This document shows positions 36,588 through 45,387 of a DNA stretch of 64,000 nt, in pieces (position 1 is the first letter of the stretch; every line of letters begins with the position of its first letter). A program made the position numbers and the translations under genes. Below the pieces are notes generated by a model. That model was not told where the DNA came from. It was given only the letters and a program-made list of their open reading frames with translations, and ran no database searches. The DNA comes from Coriobacteriales bacterium (GTDB taxonomy: Bacteria; Actinomycetota; Coriobacteriia; Coriobacteriales; CADBOM01): assembly GCA_050946275.1 (NCBI GenBank), contig JBMNUM010000001.1, positions 92,690-156,689 on the forward strand, read 5' to 3'.

Positions 36588-38516
36588 CTACAAGATGTGC
36601 TTGTGGTTCTTCATCCATGAATACGTCTTCATGAAGTACGTGGTCTTGGCCTTCTTGGTCTTGGAGGCGTCCCAGGTGGTGTCGACGTAGTAGGTCTTGC
36701 CCTTGATGACGATCTTGTTCCACGCGTGCTCGTTGGCACGGCCCTTCGGCGTGGTCTTGCCCACGACGACCGTGCAGCTCAGGCCGACCTTGTTGCACAT
36801 GTCGCGGTAGAGCGTCGCGTAGCCGAGGCAGCGCGAGGACTTCTTCACGGCCGCGGCGTACGTGGTCCAGGAGAGGTCGGAGACGGGCTTGTAGTCGTAG
36901 CGGACGTTGGTGGCGATCCAATCGTGGATGTACCTCGCACGCTTGACCGGGTCCTTGATCCTCTTGGCCTTCTTGATGACGTTTTGCTGGACCTTGTTCT
37001 GCTGGGCCACCATCTTGGTGATGGTCGGCTTGTTGAAGGTGTAGCGGAAGAAGAGGCTCTTGGCCGGCGTCTGGGTCTTCGTCGTGGTGACCTTGCCCGT
37101 GACGGGGTCGATGGTCCTTCTCGTCGTCCGCAGCGCATCCGAGTAGACGAGCTTGACGTTTTGCGTGTAGCTGTCCGTGTACCTCTTGGGGGACTGCCCG
37201 CCCTGCCACAGCTGGTATGCCTTCTGGAGCGTGTCGTAGGAGAAGCAGAACCTCTCGACATCGACCCTCGCGGAGCACGCGCGGGCCACGTTGGTCATGA
37301 CCTGCACGGCCTTGTTGGGGTTGTTGTAGCGCGAGGTGACGTTGGAGAACGCGAATATCTGGGACTTGCCGCCGTTTTCGGCCCATAGCTGGACGTTGGT
37401 CTTGTTGGCGGTATTGCCGCCCTTGACGTCGATGGCCAGCTCATCGACGTCATATGCCTTGGTGTAGATGGGGACGATCTCGTAGTCCTTGCCGCTCCTC
37501 TGGATGATGAACTTCTGGGCGTTGGAGCCGTTTTGCTGGTAGAGGACGATGTTCGTGCCGTTCTTCGTGCCCGTGGCGTTGGCATGGAGGGCGAGGTTGC
37601 TCTTCATGTTGATGATCGTGTAGAGACCGCGCTCGTCGACCTTGAAATACCATGCCTGGGCATCGGAGTTGTTGGACTGGTGGATCTGGACGTTCGTGCC
37701 GTTCTTGACGCCGCCGCCGGCGGCCTCGAGCACCTTGCCCGTCGCGCAGTAGAGCCTGATGATGTAGACACCCGATTTGACGGGGGCGGCGTACACGCGC
37801 TCGGACACGTCGTATGCGGCCTGTCGCCTGGCCTCGGCTTCCGCCTCAGCCTTGGCCTTCGCCTCGGCCTCTGCGCGGGCCTTCGCCTCAGCTTCCACCC
37901 GCGCGGCCGCCTCTGCCTCTGCCCTTGCCTTCGCCTCCGCCTCCGCTGCGGCCTGAGCCTCGGCCTCGGCCGCTGCCTGCGCCTCCGCCTCGGCCAGCGC
38001 CGCCGCCTCGGCCTCGGCTGCCGCCGCGGCGTCCGCCTCGGCCTGGGCGGGATCGACCTCGCCCGCCACCTCGGCGTTCTCTGCGACGGTGTCATCGGTG
38101 CTCTGCGCCGTCTCGTCGCTGGCGGTCTGCGCATCGGCATCCTGCTGCTCGGGCACGGGCGTCTCGGCGGCCTGGCCCTCGTCAGGCGTCTCGGCGGGAG
38201 GAGTCGTCTCGGCGAGCTGGGTCTCGCCCGACGGGGTGGTCTCCGCAGGTGCCTCCGCACCTTCCTGGCTGGGCGGCCAGGGAGCGGGTTGCTGCTCGGT
38301 GGACTCGTCCTGGTCCGTGGTTCCCTCGAGATCGCCCGCGAGGGGCACGGAATCGTCCGTGATGGTGTCGGACGGCTGCTCCTGGGTGGCGCCGGGTCCG
38401 GGTGCGGGCTTCTCGGCGCTCGGAGCGCATGCGGTTGCGAGGAATGCGATATAGGCGACGCACAGGGCGGCGACGATCGCGGTGATGAGCCGTTTTCTCG
38501 TTTTAGCCCTTCTCAT
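36588..38516 (-). CDS. Predicted lipoprotein. Domains in order: disordered acidic region, Glu/Ala/Lys-rich helical repeat, ricin-type beta-trefoil lectin, transglutaminase-like domain.
   Basis: Signal peptide plus lipobox-like AFLATAC. (AEAEA[KQA]A[RA])n tract. QxW-type trefoil repeats (SDAQAWYF, SNAQKFII, GKSQIFAF). C-terminal SSRCLGYATLYRDMCNKVGL...HAWNKIVIKGKTYYVDTTWD. Confidence 0.8.
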   Translation of the reverse strand: MRRAKTRKRLITAIVAALCVAYIAFLATACAPSAEKPAPGPGATQEQPSDTITDDSVPLAGDLEGTTDQDESTEQQPAPWPPSQEGAEAPAETTPSGETQLAETTPPAETPDEGQAAETPVPEQQDADAQTASDETAQSTDDTVAENAEVAGEVDPAQAEADAAAAAEAEAAALAEAEAQAAAEAEAQAAAEAEAKARAEAEAAARVEAEAKARAEAEAKAKAEAEAEARRQAAYDVSERVYAAPVKSGVYIIRLYCATGKVLEAAGGGVKNGTNVQIHQSNNSDAQAWYFKVDERGLYTIINMKSNLALHANATGTKNGTNIVLYQQNGSNAQKFIIQRSGKDYEIVPIYTKAYDVDELAIDVKGGNTANKTNVQLWAENGGKSQIFAFSNVTSRYNNPNKAVQVMTNVARACSARVDVERFCFSYDTLQKAYQLWQGGQSPKRYTDSYTQNVKLVYSDALRTTRRTIDPVTGKVTTTKTQTPAKSLFFRYTFNKPTITKMVAQQNKVQQNVIKKAKRIKDPVKRARYIHDWIATNVRYDYKPVSDLSWTTYAAAVKKSSRCLGYATLYRDMCNKVGLSCTVVVGKTTPKGRANEHAWNKIVIKGKTYYVDTTWDASKTKKAKTTYFMKTYSWMKNHKHIL

Positions 38517-38696
38517 CGTCGTCCGTCCTCTCCGTCCGTGGTCGTGAAGGCAATATGTCTTGCGGCCAGGATGACTTCAGGGATGTCAACGTCTGCCTAC
38601 CATACGTATAGGCTATTTTACAACGTCATACAAACGCTTAGCGAAATTGGTTGGTTTGCGAGGATATTGGTCGTGGCGTGGCAGCGGTTGCCGGCC

Positions 38697-39137
38697 CTAA
38701 TCGTCGAAGTTCCAGAGGAACGTGCCCGTCTCGGCATCGCGCCTGCCGGTTATGGTCCCGCCCTGCACGGGGCGCAGGACGATCTCGGCCGTGTAGAGGA
38801 AGGTCGTCGCCTTGACGTGCCCGCCGATCATGCGGTGCTCGCCCTGCTCGACGTAGGAGAACTGCGCATGCGCGTGCTGGTGCATCTCGTTGCCATCGCC
38901 GGCGAACACGCTTCCGGTGATGGAGACCATCTCGAGCATGCCCTCGATGCGCTCGGTCCGGAAAGCCTGCTCGACGGGGTCGAAGACGGCGACCTCGACG
39001 CTGCTGCAGCCGCCGATGCCCGTATATGTCGCGCACGCGACGTTCTCCTCGCGGCAGATACGCAGGATTGACGAGAGGACCTCGTCCCCGCGGTCCATGC
39101 GGATGTAGTATGCGTCTCCCAGCTTGCGGTAGTCCAT
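38697..39137 (-). CDS. PPC (DUF296) domain protein.
   Basis: 146 aa from ATG 39137, after SD GAGGGGG. MDYRKLGDAYYIRMDRGDEVLSSILRICREENV...LEMVSITGSV...HAHAQF...GGHV pattern is typical of the bacterial PPC/DUF296 fold family. The ORF-track upstream extension is judged non-coding. Confidence 0.7.
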   Translation of the reverse strand: MDYRKLGDAYYIRMDRGDEVLSSILRICREENVACATYTGIGGCSSVEVAVFDPVEQAFRTERIEGMLEMVSITGSVFAGDGNEMHQHAHAQFSYVEQGEHRMIGGHVKATTFLYTAEIVLRPVQGGTITGRRDAETGTFLWNFDD

Positions 39138-39334
39138 GCGGAGCCCCCTCGCGTGTAGATGCCGTGCACGAGTCCATGGTACCGCATGGCGGAACGGGAG
39201 GGGGGCTGCCGATCGAGGTGGCGCCTCGGCCGGGATGCGCGATGTCCGCGACCTTTGGGACCCCAAATCGACCAATTCCGCAGCCGTCGACTCATCGGGC
39301 GGCAAGCTCATACAATTGCAACATGAGCAAATCC

Positions 39335-39359
39335 GGAACGCTCCCCGGGGGAGTGTTCC
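39335..39359. promoter_or_regulatory. Third copy of the GGAACGCTCCCC-G-GGGGAG(T/C)GTTCC palindrome.
   Basis: One mismatch. It lies between a TACAAT hexamer (39311-39316) and the SD AGGGGGG / ATG 39380 of the surface-protein gene, in the intergenic region divergent from the PPC gene. Confidence 0.55.
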
Positions 39360-39379
39360 ACGTTAGGGGGGTGGACGAT

Positions 39380-40489
39380 ATGACGAGAAGAACGAGCGTA
39401 TCCGGAAGGGCCGTTTCCCTTCTCGCCTCTGTTGCGCTGATGACGTCCATCGCCTTCCCGATTTCCGCTTATGCGGCCGATGGGGCCGAGGGCGCGGAGC
39501 AGGTTGCCCAGGGCATCGAGGCACCGGCCGCCGGGGACGTGACCTCCACGGATGCCGGCGCTGATGTTGCCGCGGGGAACGTGGTCGTGGACTCCGATGC
39601 CGTGGCTCCTGCGAATCCGGCGGCAACCCCCGCTGCGCCTGCAAGCGCCGTGGCTGACACCGAGATGGCGGGCATCGACGGTCCTTCGGCTGCGCCGATC
39701 CCCGATGCAGCCGTTGACGATGCGTCCGCTCCCGCGGTTGTCGATGACGTACGCGCCTCCCAGCCTGCAGCGCAGGACGTCGTCCGGGGATTTGCCCCCA
39801 TGGCGGCCGCAACCGTGAGCAGCGGCACGGGCGACGCGGGCCAGGGCACCCCATCCGAGGGTGCCGCCCAGACGTACTACTTCGCATTCGCCGATGCCAA
39901 GGGCAACGTTATCCTGGGCACGGACGGCAAGCCCCTGATCCAGAGCATCACGGTCGTCGATGGCGTCGCGCAGGGCAGCGAGGTCCTCGCGTCCGTCAAG
40001 GGCGCCGCCGAGATCTGGGAAGTCGATGCGAACGGGAACAGGCTCGCCGAGGGCACGCCGTTCGGCAAGATGATCATCGCCGAGGTCGCCGCGCTCCTCA
40101 CCGGCGCCGATGATGTCGAGCCGGGTGCCCCCACCCGCGTCATCAGCTCGCTCATGGTGGTCTCCGAGACCACCGACGCCGCGCCGCCCGCCTACGACGA
40201 TCCGGCCCCCGCGGCTCCGACCAGGTCCGCGGCGGTCTGGTCCACCCCGGCTGCATACGCTAGCCCCGTGGGAGCTTCGGCGACTACCGTCTCCGCCACA
40301 TCGCCGACCACCGCCCCGACGGTCGCCGAGGTCATCGACGACGCGGCGAACCCGCTCGCATCGGGCGTCCCCGCCGAATCGAACATGACCCATGCGGCCT
40401 GGTCCTACTGGCTGATCGTTCTCGGCATCCTGGCCGTGGCGATTCTCGCCGTCACCGTGATCCTGCCCAAGCGGCGCAGGGAGCAGTAG
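39380..40489 (+). CDS. Secreted Ala/Pro-rich protein with a C-terminal membrane anchor; function unknown.
   Basis: Signal peptide MTRRTSVSGRAVSLLASVALMTSIAFPISAYA. Low-complexity A/P/D/V region. Small central folded segment. C-terminal TM WLIVLGILAVAILAVTVIL followed by PKRRREQ. Confidence 0.7.
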   Translation: MTRRTSVSGRAVSLLASVALMTSIAFPISAYAADGAEGAEQVAQGIEAPAAGDVTSTDAGADVAAGNVVVDSDAVAPANPAATPAAPASAVADTEMAGIDGPSAAPIPDAAVDDASAPAVVDDVRASQPAAQDVVRGFAPMAAATVSSGTGDAGQGTPSEGAAQTYYFAFADAKGNVILGTDGKPLIQSITVVDGVAQGSEVLASVKGAAEIWEVDANGNRLAEGTPFGKMIIAEVAALLTGADDVEPGAPTRVISSLMVVSETTDAAPPAYDDPAPAAPTRSAAVWSTPAAYASPVGASATTVSATSPTTAPTVAEVIDDAANPLASGVPAESNMTHAAWSYWLIVLGILAVAILAVTVILPKRRREQ

Positions 40490-40746
40490 GGTCGGGTATG
40501 CCGGGCGTGCTCGCGGCGTGGCCCCACCTGCCCAGTTACTAGGGCCTTGGCGGCGCAATGCCCCGACACGCGTGCATCGCTCGCTTGCCAGTCGGCGCCT
40601 GCGCCGGCACACCTACACCGCTCGTTTACCGGGCGCAGCTCGCGTCGGCGCACGCGCATCGTGCATGTTCCGGACGGCACGTCGACGACAGCTTGGCAAC
40701 TTCGTTCGAAAAAGAGCGTCTCATCCGGGTCAAATGGCTCGATTCT

Positions 40747-40801
40747 GGCAATTCCTAACGAAAAAGGGCGTGTGAAACGCCCTTTTTCGTTAGGAATTGC
40801 C
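40747..40801. terminator. Long perfect hairpin between the convergent surface-protein and MFS genes; second copy of the element X hairpin.
   Basis: GGCAATTCCTAACGAAAAAGGGCGT-gtgaa-ACGCCCTTTTTCGTTAGGAATTGCC. The stem is 25 bp, with T-runs inside the arms on both strands. Confidence 0.6.
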
Positions 40802-40859
40802 AAGAGGTCGCCATGCTGGAGCATCCCTGGCACGGCGGTGTCGGGTCGGGAGAGGACCC

Positions 40860-42203
40860 CTACTCCTTCACCTCGTCCGTCGTCTCCGCGAGCGAGCGAC
40901 CCTTCGTCTCCTGACCTATCACGGCCATGACGATCGCGACGATTGCGAACGCTGCAGTCAGCACGATGAACACTGCGGTGAATCCCACCTGCTCGCCGAA
41001 CATGCTGTAGACGACCGGCACGATGAACGGGGCGATGAACGCGCCGATGCGGCCGAATGCGGCGGCCCAGCCGGTACCCGATCCTCGCACGTCGGTGGGG
41101 TAGACCTCGGGGGTGTAGGAGTACACGCAGCCCCATGCGCCGAGCGCGAAGAAGTACAGCAGGCAGCCCGCGGCGAGGATGGCGCCCTCGCTACCGGCAT
41201 GGCCGAACAGCCACGCGGCGAGCGCCGTTCCCGCGAAGTAGATGATGAGCACGGGCTTGCGGCCGATCTTCTCGATGAGATACGCGGCGCTGAAGTAGCC
41301 GGGCAGCTGCGCGATGCACATGATCACGGTGAAGCCGAAGCTGCGCACCATGTCGAAGCCCTGGCCCATGAGCAGCGACGGCGTCCACAGCACGAATCCG
41401 TAGTAGCCGAAGTTGATGCCGAACCAGATGACCCACAGCACGATGGTCGAGCGGAGATGCGGCTTCTGCCAGAGCTTCGCGAAGGCGGTGCCGCGCTTGG
41501 TCGGGGGCACCAGCGCCGTCTTGTCCTCGTCGGCAACGGTGACGCCGGCCTGCGACTCCATCTTGGAGACGATGGCCTCGGCCTCGTCGTGCCTGCCGGC
41601 CAGCTCGAGGTAGCGCGGCGACTCGGGCACGGAGCGCCTCAGCACGGCCGCGAAGAACGCGGGGATGGCGCCCACGAAGAATGCGATGCGCCAGCCGTAG
41701 ACCGGGATGAGCAGGTACGCGACGAGCGCGGCGACGATCCATCCCCAGGCCCAGAAGCTCTCGAGGATGACGACGTTGCGGCCGCGCGACTTGAGCGGCG
41801 AGAACTCGCTGACGAGCGTCGAGGCCGCCGGCAGCTCGCCGCCAAGCCCGAAGCCCGTGACGAAGCGGCAGATGACGAGCATCACGTAGTTCGCCGATAG
41901 GCCGCACAGCAGGCTGCCCACGCTGTAGAACAGCAGCGTGACGAGGATGACGTTGCGGCGTCCCCATTTGTCGGACATGATGCCCGAGAGCGCGGCGCCT
42001 ATGATCATGCCGAACGTGCCGGCGCTGGCGAGGATGGAGCCGTCGAGCGGGGTGAGGGCCCAGCTCTGGCCGACGGCCGCGAGCACGCCGCTGACCATGC
42101 CCTGGTCCATGGCGTCGAACAGCCAGCCGATGCCCACGAGGAAGAGAATCTTGCGCATCATGGGCGTCATGGGGAGAGCTTCGAGGCGCTCCGAGATATT
42201 CAT
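40860..42203 (-). CDS. Major facilitator superfamily transporter (12 TM, sugar-porter/metabolite:H+ symporter-like).
   Basis: About 447 aa from MNISERLE (ATG 42203). GWLFDAMDQGMVS, SDKWGRR and PESPRYL motifs are typical of MFS sugar-porter-like proteins. Confidence 0.85.
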   Translation of the reverse strand: MNISERLEALPMTPMMRKILFLVGIGWLFDAMDQGMVSGVLAAVGQSWALTPLDGSILASAGTFGMIIGAALSGIMSDKWGRRNVILVTLLFYSVGSLLCGLSANYVMLVICRFVTGFGLGGELPAASTLVSEFSPLKSRGRNVVILESFWAWGWIVAALVAYLLIPVYGWRIAFFVGAIPAFFAAVLRRSVPESPRYLELAGRHDEAEAIVSKMESQAGVTVADEDKTALVPPTKRGTAFAKLWQKPHLRSTIVLWVIWFGINFGYYGFVLWTPSLLMGQGFDMVRSFGFTVIMCIAQLPGYFSAAYLIEKIGRKPVLIIYFAGTALAAWLFGHAGSEGAILAAGCLLYFFALGAWGCVYSYTPEVYPTDVRGSGTGWAAAFGRIGAFIAPFIVPVVYSMFGEQVGFTAVFIVLTAAFAIVAIVMAVIGQETKGRSLAETTDEVKE

Positions 42204-42653
42204 GTTCTTGTTCCTTTGTTTGATTGGTGGGATATAGGAGCCCATCCGGCCCTTACATCGTGTTGTCTCCAGTCATGCTAGCCGAAAGTGGCTGATTATC
42301 GGGGGACGTATGGCGTCAAGGGCGCTATGCGGGAGGTTCGCGGCCATCGCGCGCGGCGGGCGGTTCCGCTCGGCCGGTGCGCGGCGGGCCCGGATGCGGG
42401 ATGGGGTGTGGCAAGCACGGCGAGCGCCATTGTCGCGTCGACTGCTCCTGCTCCGCGGCGGGCCCGGCCCGAGAGGCTCCCTTTTGCACCACCTCGCATG
42501 CGATGCAGGTGCAATCCGTGTGGTTTTCGTCGTTTATGGTAATTATTTCCTCTCACCCGGCATATTGATGTAAAATCGGGGAGATTGAACGCAAGCGGAT
42601 GCTTACGCTTCACAGATGAAACACGCAATGCAAACACTACGAAAGGTGAGAAG

Positions 42654-43757
42654 ATGCTTGAACCGACCGCGATGGATCATCTTGCAGTTATCAAGGTTGT
42701 CGGCGTCGGAGGCGGCGGCACCAACGCTGTGAACAGGATGGTCGAGGCAGGCATAAAGGGCGTCGAGTTCATCGCCGTCAACACCGACCGTCAGGCGCTG
42801 CTCATGTCCGATGCCGACCAGACGGTCCATATCGGCGAGGATTACACGCGCGGCCTCGGCGCCGGCGGCAACCCCGAGATCGGCGCACGTGCCGCCGAGG
42901 AGTCCCGCAACGAGATCAGGGATGCCCTTGCGGGCGCCGACATGATCTTCGTCACGGCTGGCGAGGGCGGTGGAACCGGTACCGGTGCCGCTCCCGTGGT
43001 CGCCGAGATCGCCCGCGACGAGATTGGCGCGCTGACCGTGGCCGTCGTCACGAAGCCGTTCGGCTTCGAGGGCCGCAAGCGCTCTCAGCAGGCCGAGGAG
43101 GGCATCGACGTCCTCTCCGACAAGGCCGACACGCTCATCACGATTCCCAATGACCGCCTCCTGCAGGTCATCGAGAAGAAGACGACGATGCTCGACGCGT
43201 TCCGCATCGCCGACGACATCCTGCGCCAGGGCGTGCAGGGCATCACGGACCTCATCACGATCCCGGGTCTCATCAACCTCGACTTCGCGGACGTGCGCAC
43301 GGTCATGAAGGATGCCGGCTCGGCCATGATGGGCATCGGCGTCGCGTCCGGCGAGAACAGGGCCATCGAGGCCGCCAGCCAGGCGGTGTCGAGCAAGCTG
43401 CTCGAGTCCTCCGTCGTGGGCGCCCGCCGCATCCTCGTCTCCGTCGCCGGCGCGAGCGACATGGGTCTCGTCGAGGTCTCCGATGCCGCGAGCACGGTCA
43501 CCGAGGCGGCCGATCCCGAGGCGACGATCATCTTCGGTTCCGTCATCGACGACAGCCTCGACGATCAGATCCGCGTCACCGTCATCGCGACGGGCTTCTC
43601 GGATGTCGCCCCGCAGGGCAGCTTCGACTTCGCGAACGACCTCTCGCAGGCGCGCCAGCCGCAGCCGGTCGCCTACGCTGAGCCCGAGGCCGCGCCCGGC
43701 TCGCCGTCCATCTTCGACGAGGACTTCATTCCCGACTTCCTCAAGAAGGACTTCTAA
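42654..43757 (+). CDS. ftsZ: Cell division GTPase FtsZ.
   Basis: ATG after [28 protein letters not shown] and [11 protein letters not shown] tubulin signature. C-terminal DFIPDFLKK peptide. Confidence 0.95.
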   Translation: MLEPTAMDHLAVIKVVGVGGGGTNAVNRMVEAGIKGVEFIAVNTDRQALLMSDADQTVHIGEDYTRGLGAGGNPEIGARAAEESRNEIRDALAGADMIFVTAGEGGGTGTGAAPVVAEIARDEIGALTVAVVTKPFGFEGRKRSQQAEEGIDVLSDKADTLITIPNDRLLQVIEKKTTMLDAFRIADDILRQGVQGITDLITIPGLINLDFADVRTVMKDAGSAMMGIGVASGENRAIEAASQAVSSKLLESSVVGARRILVSVAGASDMGLVEVSDAASTVTEAADPEATIIFGSVIDDSLDDQIRVTVIATGFSDVAPQGSFDFANDLSQARQPQPVAYAEPEAAPGSPSIFDEDFIPDFLKKDF

Positions 43758-43770
43758 GCGGGGAGAGGCA

Positions 43771-44658
43771 TTGGCTCCATTGGAGAACGAATCCGCGCTG
43801 CCGCTGCCGAGGCTGGAGAGATCCGCCTTGAGCAGCGGCAGCTTCTTTATCGGGGACCCGGCGCTCGGTCGGGCCCTCCTCGCGTTCACGTCGCGGCACG
43901 GTGGGACGAGCGCGGCGCCGTACGCCTCGCGCAATCTCGGCCGCCGCACCGATGACGACGCGGCCGCCATCGAGCGCAACATCGACATCACGCTTACCGA
44001 GCTCGGCCTCGCGGATGCGAGAGATGCGCTCGTGAACCCCGTGCAGGTGCACGGCGAGGCGATCCTCGCGCTCCTCGACGACGAGGAGGACCGGCGTCTT
44101 GAAGCCGCTGCACGGCACGACGGCCTCGAGGTCGTCCATCGGCAGGGGAGCGGCGACGTGGAATGCGACGCCGTCGTCTGCACCGCGCCCGGTATCCCCG
44201 TCATGCTGTGCTTCGCCGACTGCGTGCCCGTGGCCGTGGTCGCCCCCGACGGGAGCTTCGCGGCCATCCACTCCGGTTGGCGCGGCACCATCGCCGACAT
44301 CGCCGGCAAGGGCGCGACCGCGCTTGCTCGCGCGCTCGATTGCGACCCGGCGTCGCTCAATGCATACATCGGGCCTCATATCGGCACGTGCTGCTACGAG
44401 GTGTCCGACGAGCTGGCACAGCGGTTCGCCGAGCGCTTCGGTGCGGGATGCATCGCCGGGGAGCGTCATCTCGACCTGGAATTCGCGGTCCGCGCGTCGC
44501 TGGTCGATGCGGGCATCGCCCCGGGGCGAATCGCGTCTGCGGGCGTGTGCACCTCGTGCGACACGGGCGAGTTCTTCTCGCATCGAGCGGAACATGGCAC
44601 GACGGGCCGATTTGGCATGATCGTCTGCAAGGGAAAGCAGGGAAGCGAATGGAAGTGA
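43771..44658 (+). CDS. pgeF: Peptidoglycan editing factor PgeF (YfiH/DUF152 laccase-domain protein).
   Basis: FTSRHGG, ADCVPV, HSGWRG, CCYEV and FSHR motifs. There is no in-frame ATG, so TTG 43771 or TTG 43780 is assumed. Confidence 0.85.
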   Translation: MAPLENESALPLPRLERSALSSGSFFIGDPALGRALLAFTSRHGGTSAAPYASRNLGRRTDDDAAAIERNIDITLTELGLADARDALVNPVQVHGEAILALLDDEEDRRLEAAARHDGLEVVHRQGSGDVECDAVVCTAPGIPVMLCFADCVPVAVVAPDGSFAAIHSGWRGTIADIAGKGATALARALDCDPASLNAYIGPHIGTCCYEVSDELAQRFAERFGAGCIAGERHLDLEFAVRASLVDAGIAPGRIASAGVCTSCDTGEFFSHRAEHGTTGRFGMIVCKGKQGSEWK

Positions 44659-45362
44659 CGAACCCGGCCCCGGTAAACGGGGATGGCAGGATAGCCGCGC
44701 ATATCGCGGCGGCGCGCGATGATATCGCATCCGCGCTCGCGGAGAGCACCGACCCCGCGCGCGACGTGCTCCTCATCGCGGTGAGCAAGACGGTGGGGCT
44801 CGAGGAGGTCGCCGAGGCGATCGCCGCGGGCGTGCACGACTTCGGCGAGAATAGGACCGCCGAGCTCAAGCGCAAGCAGGAGGCGTATCCGGAGGAGAAC
44901 TGGCATTTCATCGGGCGCATCCAGACGAACAAGCTCAAGGATGTCGTCGGGCGCGCCTGCCTCATCCACTCCGTGGCCTCGCTTCACGCGCTCGACGCCA
45001 TCGAGAAGCAGGCGGCCAAGCTCGACATCGTGCAGCCGGTCCTCCTCGAGGTCAACGTCTCGGGCGAGGAGTCGAAGGACGGGTTCGCGCCCGCGGAGCT
45101 CGATGGCGCGCTCGAGCATGCCTCGGGGCTCTCGCACGTGCGGGTCGACGGCCTCATGACCATGGCGCCGCTCGGCGACACGGAGACGGCGCGGACGGTC
45201 TTCGAGAATTTGCGGGAAATGCGAGATAAACGCGCCGCAAGGTTCAAAGTCTGCAATAATATAGGTTTGAATGAGCTTTCCATGGGAATGACCCAGGACT
45301 TCCGCGAGGCGGTCCGGGAGGGCGCGACCATGGTGAGGCTCGGGCGTTCCATATTCGCCTGA
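44649..45362 (+). CDS. yggS: YggS-family pyridoxal-phosphate homeostasis protein.
   Basis: ATG 44649 overlaps the pgeF end. IAVSKT...FGENR...WHFIGRIQTNK...LSMGMTQDF motifs. Confidence 0.88.
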   Translation: MEVTNPAPVNGDGRIAAHIAAARDDIASALAESTDPARDVLLIAVSKTVGLEEVAEAIAAGVHDFGENRTAELKRKQEAYPEENWHFIGRIQTNKLKDVVGRACLIHSVASLHALDAIEKQAAKLDIVQPVLLEVNVSGEESKDGFAPAELDGALEHASGLSHVRVDGLMTMAPLGDTETARTVFENLREMRDKRAARFKVCNNIGLNELSMGMTQDFREAVREGATMVRLGRSIFA

Positions 45363-45387
45363 CACAGGATTCGACCGGGAGAAGAAC

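Noticed and set aside
40380-40489. A sortase (LPXTG / LAXTG) sorting signal in the anchored Ala/Pro-rich protein.
   Set aside because: A C-terminal TM helix plus basic tail is present, but no LPXTG- or LAXTG-like pentapeptide precedes it (the sequence reads ...NPLASGVPAESNMTHAAW...). It is annotated only as C-terminally anchored.
42204-42653. A possible riboswitch or small gene in the roughly 450-nt region between the MFS gene start and ftsZ.
   Set aside because: No recognisable riboswitch core is present. The ORFs there are short and Arg/Ala-rich. An AT-rich stretch with TAAAAT (42571-42576) looks like an ordinary ftsZ promoter region, but no -35 element could be supported well enough to annotate.
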